Assembly: GCA_963703315.1 (NCBI GenBank)
Contig: OY969811.1
Span: 1,504,001-1,568,000 of the forward strand
Source: an uncultured cyanobacterium
Lineage (GTDB): Bacteria; Cyanobacteriota; Cyanobacteriia; Pseudanabaenales; Pseudanabaenaceae
Direction: 5' to 3'
DNA: 64,000 nucleotides
Shown: positions 56,501 to 64,000 of the stretch, piece after piece
Numbering within the stretch: position 1 is the stretch's first letter
Layout of the letters: every line of letters starts with the position of its first letter
Notes under the pieces: model-generated
Told to the model about the DNA's origin: nothing
Databases searched by the model: none
What the model saw: the letters and a program-made list of their open reading frames with translations, nothing else
Program-made: the position numbers and the translations under genes

Positions 56501-58854
56501 TTTGCGGCGGTGAGTAGCTTAGTACGACGATAGCGTTCTGCTTGTGCTTTAATTATCGGCTCAGTCAAAGCTCGCATTTGCGGATCGAGTCCGAAGTCTA
56601 AGCCATACATTAAAAATGGTTCGCTTACAGTAACTTCGAGTTCACTAGATTTGGGAGCATCCATCCGCCGTATGGGAATTTCAAAACCTTCTACATTTGC
56701 TTTAGCATATTGATTGCCGACTACGGAGCGATCGACATCAAATCCCCATAACTGAAAGGCTCTAGCGGCATATTCGCTATAACCAAGACGCGACTCTGGT
56801 GTTACCCGTGATAGATTGCGTCCTGAGCCGTCCTTGGTGACAATGCCATTTAAGAGAATGCGATCGCGGACTACCCGCAAATAAGACCAATCTAAGAGCG
56901 TGCGATCGACAGCATCAGTATATTCAGGATGACAGGATTTGAGACTATATAAAGCCGATAAAAATCTACCGATATCCGCAGCCGACCAACCCGTTCCGTT
57001 GATCGCAGAATTACCACCATAGTCTACAGGCTGCAATGACGCAGGATCGTAGGCGCGACTCGGTAACTCGCCACCGACAAGGGGCAATTGTCGCACTGTG
57101 CCAATCAACTGTCGTACCCTTTGATCGAATTCGCTCCAAGTAATGATATCTAGAGCCTTGGCTGCGCGTAGAGCGATCAAATAATCCCCCAATCCCCACA
57201 GCGTTACCCCCTTGAAATCACGGCGATCATTAGTTAAGCCTGATGCTGGAGAATTAGTCCGAAAATATTGCCATGCAGCTTGGGCATAACGGCGATCGCT
57301 GACCGATAATGGCTGATTGAGCTTTGGGCAAGGGCTAGATTCCTCAGTGACGGGTGAGATCGGTGGTGGGACAGCAACTGCTTTAGCGATCGCAGTTGGC
57401 TTAGTGGAAGTAGAACTAGATTGAGAACTTGGAGCCGTATTAGTATTTGCTGTTGGAGAGGAACTCGTGGTAGGAGTTGAGGCTATAGGAGCAGAAGTAT
57501 TAGAAGCTGCTGTCGTAGTGACTACACCTGCACGGTCGATGATCGGACGATTGCCTCTGGCTTTGTAATAGAGAATTTCAAGAATCAGCCCATTGGTATT
57601 GCCAGTTAAAGACTTATTCGGAATTTTGGAGGATTCGTATAGCCCCGCATAAAAACCTTCATCTTTTTCACTGCGTAGTCCCTTAACAGCATCAAAGATC
57701 TTTTTGGCATAATCATTGGTCGGGTAGAGATAGCGCCAACCAAAGGCTGCCTTAGTACTGATGCTCCGAAATTGCGGGATCGGCTTATTTTCATCGGTAA
57801 TTGCCGCAAAATCGACACCGTTTGAATAAACTGTATTGTAAATAAAGTAGGGTGGCGCATCGAGGTTATCTTCGGTCACCGCCGTCAGTTGTCCAGTCTG
57901 CTCAAAACGGCGTTTCTGTACTTCTAAAACTCTATTAGCATAATCGGCTAACTCTGATTCCCAACCAAACTCAATACCATCGAGAATGTAGGACTCGCTC
58001 ACCACATAGTTATTAGCATTGGTAGTTTGGTAATCTCGCGTATCTACAGGTATCTGCACCCCATAAATATCTACAAACTTAAAAGGATCAAAAGATTTAG
58101 CTTTGTCAGCTTTAAATCCCCACAATTCATAACCGCGTACTGCATATTCCTCATAGCCGAGCCTTCCCTCTTGGACAAGCATCGTGGAGCCATCACCCGT
58201 AACTGTTGCGCCATAAAGTTGATCGTCCTTTAGCGATCGCGTTAATTGCCAACGAGCGAGAATACCCTTCATCCAATCGTTATATTGGGGATGGCAAGTA
58301 CGAATGATATGAAACGCCGCGAGGATTCTGCCAATGTCTAGGGCTGACCATCCGATCCCGCGTGCGCTGGGGTTGTTGCCATAGTCCACCATCGCCAAAG
58401 TTGCTGTGTTATAAACCTTGTTGGGTAGTGAGTCTTCAAACAGCTTGAGCGAACCGAGAGAAGTCAAAAACTTGTTCAACTTATCGTCAAATTCCTTTTG
58501 TGGAACTAGATCTAACGACCGCGCCGTATTCAGCGCCACTAAGTAATTGCCGATATCCCAAAGTGTTGCCGATGGATACCCCCCCGTTGCATTCACAAAC
58601 CCCGTCGCTGGTTGATAGTTCTTCGCAAAATATTGCCATGCTGCTTTGGCATAGTCCTTCTCTTCATTAGTGAGGGAAGTCGGCATAATCGCACAGGTTG
58701 CGCCCGAACTTTTGTCATTTTGTTTAGAGTTTTGGGCGATCGCGGTTGCAATCTGCACCTGTGACAACAAAATTGCCAGCATTACCCCAACAATAAACCC
58801 CGATATGAATCTGATCCAGCGTGGATAGCTACTTAAGGAGAAATTCCTGCCCAT
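53578..58854 (-). CDS. Exported 1758-aa protein with three DUF3131 domains and a C-terminal GH26-like domain
   Basis: Three repeats of AWxYF...LW(D/G)...LP...Y...GWSxxD..R...RLGYxxY separated by Ser/Thr/Pro linkers; C-terminal QEMN, WVFAPN, YYP...VDIVGFSGYNWG and KPIFITQ. Confidence 0.8.
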   Translation of the reverse strand: MGRNFSLSSYPRWIRFISGFIVGVMLAILLSQVQIATAIAQNSKQNDKSSGATCAIMPTSLTNEEKDYAKAAWQYFAKNYQPATGFVNATGGYPSATLWDIGNYLVALNTARSLDLVPQKEFDDKLNKFLTSLGSLKLFEDSLPNKVYNTATLAMVDYGNNPSARGIGWSALDIGRILAAFHIIRTCHPQYNDWMKGILARWQLTRSLKDDQLYGATVTGDGSTMLVQEGRLGYEEYAVRGYELWGFKADKAKSFDPFKFVDIYGVQIPVDTRDYQTTNANNYVVSESYILDGIEFGWESELADYANRVLEVQKRRFEQTGQLTAVTEDNLDAPPYFIYNTVYSNGVDFAAITDENKPIPQFRSISTKAAFGWRYLYPTNDYAKKIFDAVKGLRSEKDEGFYAGLYESSKIPNKSLTGNTNGLILEILYYKARGNRPIIDRAGVVTTTAASNTSAPIASTPTTSSSPTANTNTAPSSQSSSTSTKPTAIAKAVAVPPPISPVTEESSPCPKLNQPLSVSDRRYAQAAWQYFRTNSPASGLTNDRRDFKGVTLWGLGDYLIALRAAKALDIITWSEFDQRVRQLIGTVRQLPLVGGELPSRAYDPASLQPVDYGGNSAINGTGWSAADIGRFLSALYSLKSCHPEYTDAVDRTLLDWSYLRVVRDRILLNGIVTKDGSGRNLSRVTPESRLGYSEYAARAFQLWGFDVDRSVVGNQYAKANVEGFEIPIRRMDAPKSSELEVTVSEPFLMYGLDFGLDPQMRALTEPIIKAQAERYRRTKLLTAANTSAINTPPYILHSSIVGNGQGWANLDDQGQSAKGDRIVSTGTAFAMYALFPNEPYTRELWQAVTDLYNPQLGFYEGFYENSGNRENNQTASTNSLILQSILYRATDQQPLIRPTSANSAWWQAIASEDLSRGLPSNKAPTAKFITNGADSYWVSANSNTITSEKTPNLTADIPLIIDRTQPTKLRPVTPESKQPFKLPVVIPIKPIASPEPKQPPIAISPKPQVPVVNPSTPQPQPIAPISQISLSETDAIAAKLAWKYFENNFNPQTGMVNAVDRYAWTTLWDQGSALLGLHSAQQLGIISPEVFQQRLTALLNTLEKLPLPKHGLPNKAYSTTNAAMYQLDNTPDPDGISGWSTLDTARFLGAMHVIRVNHPAYRDRINNIVNRWQLTKLVKDGWLYGGHPDSSDRFQYLQEGRLGYEQYAAHSLKLWGIEAANALNNPPIQTVKVDGIDLEVDRRDLQNSGASNHLTNDPYVLWGLEIGWNDMGKRQAETLYQLQKQRFERTQIVTSINEDSINRSPYFLYYSAYVNGQPWQAIDSRGKAYPELKFVSTKAAFGWSVLQSDEYASKLRDTMNSVADRDRGYLSGKYENPNLGVNNVMDVNTNGIVLESLLYKARGNVPLLSSSNAVQALPVKLANQPSNPIAQKPEPVLPKDSINPRPPLLLGLYTSGYIGEQSTIDRELKPVDQWTGKKHAIAGIFMDIQDENPDYNIGRRLELLRENGYTAFINLKSTRTAAEIARGDLDKDLRRVAKAVADWTGKGEGRMMFIAPMQEMNINAETYSLDPINFKIAYQRLQQIFAEFSIPAKSVLWVFAPNGFSPAREHDFENYYPKDAQVDIVGFSGYNWGYCPNPINQRKLWDSPELAYAPYISRMQKLAPNKPIFITQTASSSYVRPQTQDQNAKDEWLSNTFKYFANTQAVQAVIYFNIQKECDWALNMQNPNGKYQESIADPKFGYVEPRNMQQLFNAPIKF

Positions 58855-60308
58855 ATAGTTAATGGCTGTCCTACTTTTTTATAGAGTAAACTTTCTAAAA
58901 TTACGCCGTTGTTATTGGCAGTCAGTGACTTATTTGGTTCCCCCAAGGTTTCATAAAAACCGTTATACCATCCTAAATCTGCTTTGAGATTAGCTGTCAC
59001 AAAACCAAACAATTTTTGAGTGTAATCGTTGTTAAACAACACATACCAACCGATCGCCGCCTTAGCACTGAGAAAGCGTAAATCGTTACGCAGTTCGCGA
59101 GTATCCGTAATCGTTGCCCATGCGTTCCCATTCACAAATAAAGTGCTGTACACAAAATAGGGAGCGCGATCTAAGTTGTCTTCGGTAACGGCGGTGAGTT
59201 GTTTTGTGGCTTGATACCGTCCTTCCTGTGCCGCTAAGACGCGATCGGCATAGGCTTTAGGCAAAGACTGAAAGCCTGTTTCAATACCATCGAGAATGAA
59301 TGGCTCACTCAATACATAGTTATTCGCCTCCGAGTTTTGGAAGTCCCGCTTGTCGTAGGGAACTCCCTGTCCATAGAGATCCACAAAAGCAACTTGAGAC
59401 TTCACATCTAGCGCCTTAGCGACATCCAGCCCCCACAGCTTCAGCCCATAAGCCGCATAGTTCTCATAGCCCAATCGTCCTTCTTGATTGTAGGATTCTT
59501 TCCCTTTACTAACACTAGTTCCATACATTTGTCCGTCTTTAGTGAGGCGTTCCACTTTCCAGCTTTTCCAGACGTTATTCGCATCTTCCGTAAGATTAGG
59601 ATACTTTGTCGAAATAATCTTCAGCCAAATCGCCATTCTGCCAATGTCGATCGCTGACCAACCAATCTCTTCGCGCTGATCAAGTTTTCCATAATTGACA
59701 GGAATTAGCGTTTTAGAGTTATAGACTTTATTCGGTAGTTCTCCTTTGTATAGTTGCAATTTGGCGAGAGTTTGCAGTGACTTCCGCATCTTCTTCTCAA
59801 AGTCCACCTCAGTGACTAAACCCAATTCCTTGGCACTGACCAAAGCCGCGATCGCCGCCGCTTGATCCCATAAGGTCACCGCCGCAAAGCCATCGGCAGA
59901 ATTTACCAAACCTGTATCTTCATTCCAATTCTTCTCAAAGTAGCGCCATGCTTGCTTGGCAGTGGCTAACTCTTCAGCAGTGAGTTGCCCCACTTGAGGA
60001 GCAATGTAAGGCGGGTTGCTAGTACTTTGCTGATCCACAGGTACGGCTTGACCCGACAGTTTCACCGATTCACGATCCAGCTTAGCGATCGCCTGAATTT
60101 CTTCACTTGATAATGTTTTTGACAATGGCTTAGCGGCGATCGCAGGTTTTTGGCTTGCTGTGGCGATCGCAGGTGCATTAGATCCAGACTGTTTTAGGTT
60201 ACTCGAAAGTTGTTCCATTCCAAGAATTATGGCGATCGCCGTAGCAACTCCCCCAAAAGTTGCCAAGCAAACCCATTTGAAAGATGGTGGCTCAAAATCA
60301 GAATTCAT
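58833..60308 (-). CDS. Membrane-anchored single-DUF3131 protein
   Basis: N-terminal transmembrane helix; AWRYF, TLWDQ, LPNKVYN, GWSAIDIGR, QEGRLGYENY and VTEDNLD motifs; ATG at 60308. Confidence 0.82.
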   Translation of the reverse strand: MNSDFEPPSFKWVCLATFGGVATAIAIILGMEQLSSNLKQSGSNAPAIATASQKPAIAAKPLSKTLSSEEIQAIAKLDRESVKLSGQAVPVDQQSTSNPPYIAPQVGQLTAEELATAKQAWRYFEKNWNEDTGLVNSADGFAAVTLWDQAAAIAALVSAKELGLVTEVDFEKKMRKSLQTLAKLQLYKGELPNKVYNSKTLIPVNYGKLDQREEIGWSAIDIGRMAIWLKIISTKYPNLTEDANNVWKSWKVERLTKDGQMYGTSVSKGKESYNQEGRLGYENYAAYGLKLWGLDVAKALDVKSQVAFVDLYGQGVPYDKRDFQNSEANNYVLSEPFILDGIETGFQSLPKAYADRVLAAQEGRYQATKQLTAVTEDNLDRAPYFVYSTLFVNGNAWATITDTRELRNDLRFLSAKAAIGWYVLFNNDYTQKLFGFVTANLKADLGWYNGFYETLGEPNKSLTANNNGVILESLLYKKVGQPLTIWAGISP

Positions 60309-60384
60309 AGGATTTGCTCTCGCATACAGAAACTTTCCATCAATGGTTATGAATAAGTAATGCTTAGGACTCTGGAGAATAATC

Positions 60385-60575
60385 TCAAATATACCCCATT
60401 CGCTCATTTAATATTTCAGGTGTTAGACCTCGCTTTTCAGCACGATCGCCAATTTCTCGCATCACCTCAACCAGATTCTTACTAGCCCATCTATCCTTAA
60501 AAAATGAATTAATCAAAGCACCTAAAGCTTGCCTCTCCTCATCATTAGCTTGACTAGGCTCTAGCATAACCATCG
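60385..60575 (-). pseudogene. Probable remnant of a small antitoxin-like gene
   Basis: QANDEERQAL...LVEVMREIGDRAEKRGLTPEILNE resembles a small cyanobacterial protein family; the N-terminus looks missing. Confidence 0.35.
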
Positions 60576-60690
60576 CTAAACCTATTCGATCTATGATCGA
60601 GAAATAATTATGACTTTGATTAACCGCAGATCCAAATATAGCGATCGCCAATCCGTAAAATAAAGCTAAAGCCTCACAGGAATAAATGCT

Positions 60691-61572
60691 ATGTTCAAAC
60701 GCTACCTTAAATTGCCATTACTAATTGGCTTGAGTTTACTAGCAGCGATCGCCTCAATAATTTTCAGCGTATCTAAGGCAGATGCATTGCAAGCGATGCT
60801 CAGACCCAATGCACCGAAACTTGGTGATACGGTGTCCGTCTGGATTGCGACTAATCAGAATACAGAGATACCACCAACGGTATCGGTTGATCGCAAGCAA
60901 TTTGCCGCCTTTCCAATGTCTCCTAATCGTTGGCGTGCCTTCATTCCTACGACACCGCTTGATAAGGCTGGGCTAAAACAAGTAGTGGTGACGGCGGAAG
61001 GTTTGCAGCAAACTTTGCCAATGCAATTAGGCGATCGTCAATTTCCTACACAAAGTATTTGGATTGATGAATCAGGGGGCGGATCGGAGCCGACGGATTA
61101 TGAGTGGGACAAGGTTTCCGCTTTTAAAAAATTAGTTACGTCCCAGAAGTTCTGGAATGGTGCATTTCTCAGACCTAATGAGGGCGAAATTACGACAGGT
61201 TTTGGGGTGCAGCGCTATTACAATGGCGTGTTTGCTGATGACTATTACCATCGTGGTGTGGACTATGCAGGAGGCACTGGTTCCCCTGTGATTGCACCAG
61301 CATCTGGCTATATTCGTTTAGTGGGTACTGTCGCGCAGGGCTTTCTTTTGCATGGCAATACGATTGGACTTGATCACGGTCAAGGTGTGGCAAGTATTTT
61401 TTTACATCTCAGCAAAATCTATGTCAAAGAAGGTGATTTTGTGAAAGCTGGTCAAGTAATTGGTGCAGTTGGGGCAACGGGTGCGGTAACAGGTCCTCAT
61501 TTACATTGGGGGCTGTATGTGAATGGTGAGGCGATCGATCCTGTAGCATGGCGATATGAAGGATTAGAATAA
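60691..61572 (+). CDS. M23 family metallopeptidase
   Basis: HRGVD and TGPHLHW zinc motifs; signal peptide. Confidence 0.93.
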   Translation: MFKRYLKLPLLIGLSLLAAIASIIFSVSKADALQAMLRPNAPKLGDTVSVWIATNQNTEIPPTVSVDRKQFAAFPMSPNRWRAFIPTTPLDKAGLKQVVVTAEGLQQTLPMQLGDRQFPTQSIWIDESGGGSEPTDYEWDKVSAFKKLVTSQKFWNGAFLRPNEGEITTGFGVQRYYNGVFADDYYHRGVDYAGGTGSPVIAPASGYIRLVGTVAQGFLLHGNTIGLDHGQGVASIFLHLSKIYVKEGDFVKAGQVIGAVGATGAVTGPHLHWGLYVNGEAIDPVAWRYEGLE

Positions 61573-61603
61573 TCAAAAACCTCGCTCAGCGAGGTTTTTG
61601 ATT
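61571..61603. terminator. Bidirectional hairpin between convergent genes
   Basis: AATCAAAAACCTCGC-TCA-GCGAGGTTTTTGATT touches both stop codons. Confidence 0.7.
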
Positions 61604-62427
61604 TAAATTTTCTTAATAGTCTCATAGGATAAACCAGTCGATTCAGCAATAATTTCTATAGCTACATTTTGTTCTTTCAAAGCTTTAGCAACTTTCTCAA
61701 TGCCAGATCTTTTCCCCTCCTCAAAGGCAGTATCAAATACATTTCTTACTTCTAGATACTGAACTAAACTCTTTTTATATTGTTCGTATTGTTCCACATT
61801 TAAGTGCGATATTTCTGCGATTTCAAAGCCTTTCTTAAAGATTGGTTCATTCAATATTGCGGGTATGTGATTAAAGTTTTCTAGATTTTTCAAAAAGTAT
61901 AGCCATTTATCGAAATGCGTTACTAATTCATTTTCTTGTTTGTTGAATAAGGGCATTTGTAAAAATTTAAAATTTAATTTATCAAAGAAAATATCCCCAT
62001 CTTGATCTTTCAAACATACATCTCTCCTAAATTTAGGTGTTGTATGCTCATCGTACTCGAAATCTAATATGGCAATAAAATAGATCGGTAGTAAATGAAA
62101 ATTCCAATCGCCTTTTTCAGATTGTTCTCTAATCGGAAATGTGGAGTAGAACAAGGCTCGATCTTTGAAATATTTAATTTTTGCTTTCTGCATTTCCACA
62201 ATAAACTTATCACCAGTCTTGCTTTCGCAGTAAATATCAAAAATGGCTTTACGCTCTAATATGGTGTCAGCAAGATTTTCTGGATTTTTAAAGGTTAATT
62301 GTTGAATTTGATGATGTATCGGTAGAAGTTGATTGAGAAAATCGATGAGTAAATCTTTACTACCTTCTTCACCAAATAGTTTTTTAAATCCGAAATCAGT
62401 ATAAGGATTAAAGTATTTCGCAATCAT
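61603..62427 (-). CDS. Rpn family PD-(D/E)xK nuclease / putative transposase
   Basis: NPYTDFGFKKLFG, IFDIYC, IVEMQ and KWLYFLK motifs; IIAESTGLS tail; AT-rich. Confidence 0.9.
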   Translation of the reverse strand: MIAKYFNPYTDFGFKKLFGEEGSKDLLIDFLNQLLPIHHQIQQLTFKNPENLADTILERKAIFDIYCESKTGDKFIVEMQKAKIKYFKDRALFYSTFPIREQSEKGDWNFHLLPIYFIAILDFEYDEHTTPKFRRDVCLKDQDGDIFFDKLNFKFLQMPLFNKQENELVTHFDKWLYFLKNLENFNHIPAILNEPIFKKGFEIAEISHLNVEQYEQYKKSLVQYLEVRNVFDTAFEEGKRSGIEKVAKALKEQNVAIEIIAESTGLSYETIKKI

Positions 62428-62451
62428 GATTTTTTATTGTTTTAAATTATT

Positions 62452-63279
62452 TTAAGTTAAACCATACCATCCCAGATAGGTTGAAATAATTGCATTTCCA
62501 AAGAATAGGGATAAGGCTCCACCGATCGCTAAAAAAGGTCCAAAGGGAATTGGTTGCTGTTTGTCTAAACTTTTAGTCAGCATGGCGATCGCACCAGCTA
62601 TAGTGCCGATCGCTGAAGCAATCAAAATTGTGAGGAGAATATTTTGCCAACCGAGCCACATTCCCATCATCGCCGCAAGTTTTGGATCGCCGCCTCCCAT
62701 TGCTTCCTTGTGTAAAAAAATTCTTCCCGCAATTCTCATAATGTCTAAAAGCCATATTCCGAGAACAGCGCCACCAATACCAAACAAAATAAGACTAGGA
62801 AAGGCTAAGCGATCGCCGCTAGGTATTAAAGCTAGACTCGCTTGATAAACTAATCCTAAAACTAATCCTGATTGCGTTAAAGAATTTGGCAAAGTCATCG
62901 TATCAAGATCAATCATTGATAATGCTAGGAGCCAACTGAGAAATGCCGCATAAAAGCATAAAATTGGAATTGGTAATGAAGTTCCAAAATAGGCAGCCAC
63001 GCACCAAAATAGAAAGGCAGTGAGAGCTTCGATCGCAGGATATCGCCATGATACAGGTGTATGACAATAACGGCATTTGCCTTTGATCAAAAACCAGCCA
63101 ATGATCGGAATATTATCGCGTGGTGCAAGTTGGCGCAGACAATGGGGACAGCGCGAAGGTGGATGTAGGATCGATAAACCCGCAGGAACACGATAAATCA
63201 CCACGTTCAGGAAGCTGCCAATACAGGCTCCGAGCGTGACTGCCAAACATTGTAAAAATAGAGACTCAATTAGTAGCAA
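62452..63279 (-). CDS. pilD: Type IV prepilin peptidase / N-methyltransferase
   Basis: GSFLNVVIYRVP, CPHC and CRYC zinc pairs, MGGGDPKL and IPFGPFL; TTG start. Confidence 0.95.
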   Translation of the reverse strand: MLLIESLFLQCLAVTLGACIGSFLNVVIYRVPAGLSILHPPSRCPHCLRQLAPRDNIPIIGWFLIKGKCRYCHTPVSWRYPAIEALTAFLFWCVAAYFGTSLPIPILCFYAAFLSWLLALSMIDLDTMTLPNSLTQSGLVLGLVYQASLALIPSGDRLAFPSLILFGIGGAVLGIWLLDIMRIAGRIFLHKEAMGGGDPKLAAMMGMWLGWQNILLTILIASAIGTIAGAIAMLTKSLDKQQPIPFGPFLAIGGALSLFFGNAIISTYLGWYGLT

Positions 63280-63320
63280 AGAGTTAGGGAACTAATAAAT
63301 CAATTTAATGATTGCCAGTA

Positions 63321-63383
63321 TATAGCGTTTGACAGTCTGTAGAGGCTTATTTCTCCGCCGAAGGCGGAGAAATAAGCCTCTAC
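63321..63383. repeat. Hairpin element related to the 6442/47236 family, abutting a stop codon
   Basis: TATAGCGTTTGACAGTCT + GTAGAGGCTTATTTCTCCGCC-GAA-GGCGGAGAAATAAGCCTCTAC. Confidence 0.75.
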
Positions 63384-63779
63384 TTAGTATGGTAAGCAAA
63401 TGGTACGGGTGATTGAGCAGTTTCTACCACCGTAATCACGGCAAACTTGCCGAGCAGTTCTTTCCGCTTGATACTCACTAGTTGCCCAAGCCGTTCCTGC
63501 TGCACCATTACTACCTTCAGAGATCGACATACAGGCATCCCTAGCCCAGACCATAACCTCACAGTCGCCTGGGGCAGACATACTTTCACATTCACTTATA
63601 GCTCGGTTTTCCGCCGCAGAACGCGAACGATAATTCCAAGAATAGCCTTTTTCTTGAGTTGAAGAAGAGCGTGCGATCGCTCCATAGCTTTGGGCGACGG
63701 CTTCTAATGCCCCTATTGAGATTGTCGGAATTAAAACCGCAGCCGCGATCGCTACAGAGTTCCAAAAGTTCTTAGACAT
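63384..63779 (-). CDS. Secreted DUF4189-family protein
   Basis: GGAGG Shine-Dalgarno before the ATG at 63779; signal peptide; YGAIA...GYSWNY...AE..A...C...C...C pattern. Confidence 0.85.
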   Translation of the reverse strand: MSKNFWNSVAIAAAVLIPTISIGALEAVAQSYGAIARSSSTQEKGYSWNYRSRSAAENRAISECESMSAPGDCEVMVWARDACMSISEGSNGAAGTAWATSEYQAERTARQVCRDYGGRNCSITRTICLPY

Positions 63780-63860
63780 AATACGATCCTCCCTCTGAAG
63801 GTGAAACCCTACATTAATCTTAGGATTTACACAAAAATGACTTAAAACCCGCATTTTATC

Positions 63861-63889
63861 GTAGGGAGAAATTCATGAATTGCTCCTAC
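63861..63889. repeat. GTAG-type REP palindrome
   Basis: GTAGGGAGAAATTCATGAATTGCTCCTAC. Confidence 0.65.
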
Positions 63890-64000
63890 ATTTCATTTTT
63901 TGCGTAAGACCTATATATATTGTAATATTTCAATTAGGGAAAGTCTAATTTGTTTGCAAATTCTTAATTTCAACGCTTCGCGATCTGATTGACTGATAAA

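Noticed and set aside
61603..61760. Internal small antitoxin (gene-within-gene) in the Rpn gene
   Set aside because: A GAGGAGG tract is present, but no in-frame ATG or GTG follows at a plausible spacing.

Overview
A 64-kb chromosomal segment of a cyanobacterium. The very dense HIP1 octamers (GCGATCGC), gene content and intergenic hairpin repeats suggest a Pseudanabaena-like organism; the taxon is an inference. The core genes are gloB (partial), tRNA-Gln(TTG), a GDP-mannose pyrophosphorylase/phosphomannomutase fusion, pyrF, def, two fluC genes plus a bestrophin, urtABCDE with an NtcA box, ureG/ureEF, two c-di-GMP enzymes, ldhA, glgP, ndhB, a frameshifted pyrC-like gene, a cruA-like cyclase, an M16 peptidase, a MalK-like ATPase, bioU, an M23 peptidase and pilD. 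Two small accessory toxin-antitoxin/defence arrays are embedded in this backbone (about 20.4-23.5 kb and 32.9-37.0 kb), together with an ATPase+DUF4276 pair and an Rpn gene. The most notable observations are: (1) an ~11.5-kb putative polysaccharide locus with a PilZ-less cellulose-synthase-like GT2, four DUF3131 domains, a GH26-like domain whose nucleophile is Gln, a beta-barrel and an RsbU/STAS partner-switch module; (2) an Abi/HEPN gene with a divergent ~90-nt promoter- and terminator-bounded candidate antitoxin RNA; (3) cassette genes separated by four decayed copies of the same DUF433/PIN junction, with breakpoints at or near HIP1-like sites; (4) dispersed GC-NNN-GC hairpins whose variable arms absorb gene ends, so that two convergent genes both end in His-Lys-stop. 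All product calls come from recognising motifs by eye; no database searches were run.
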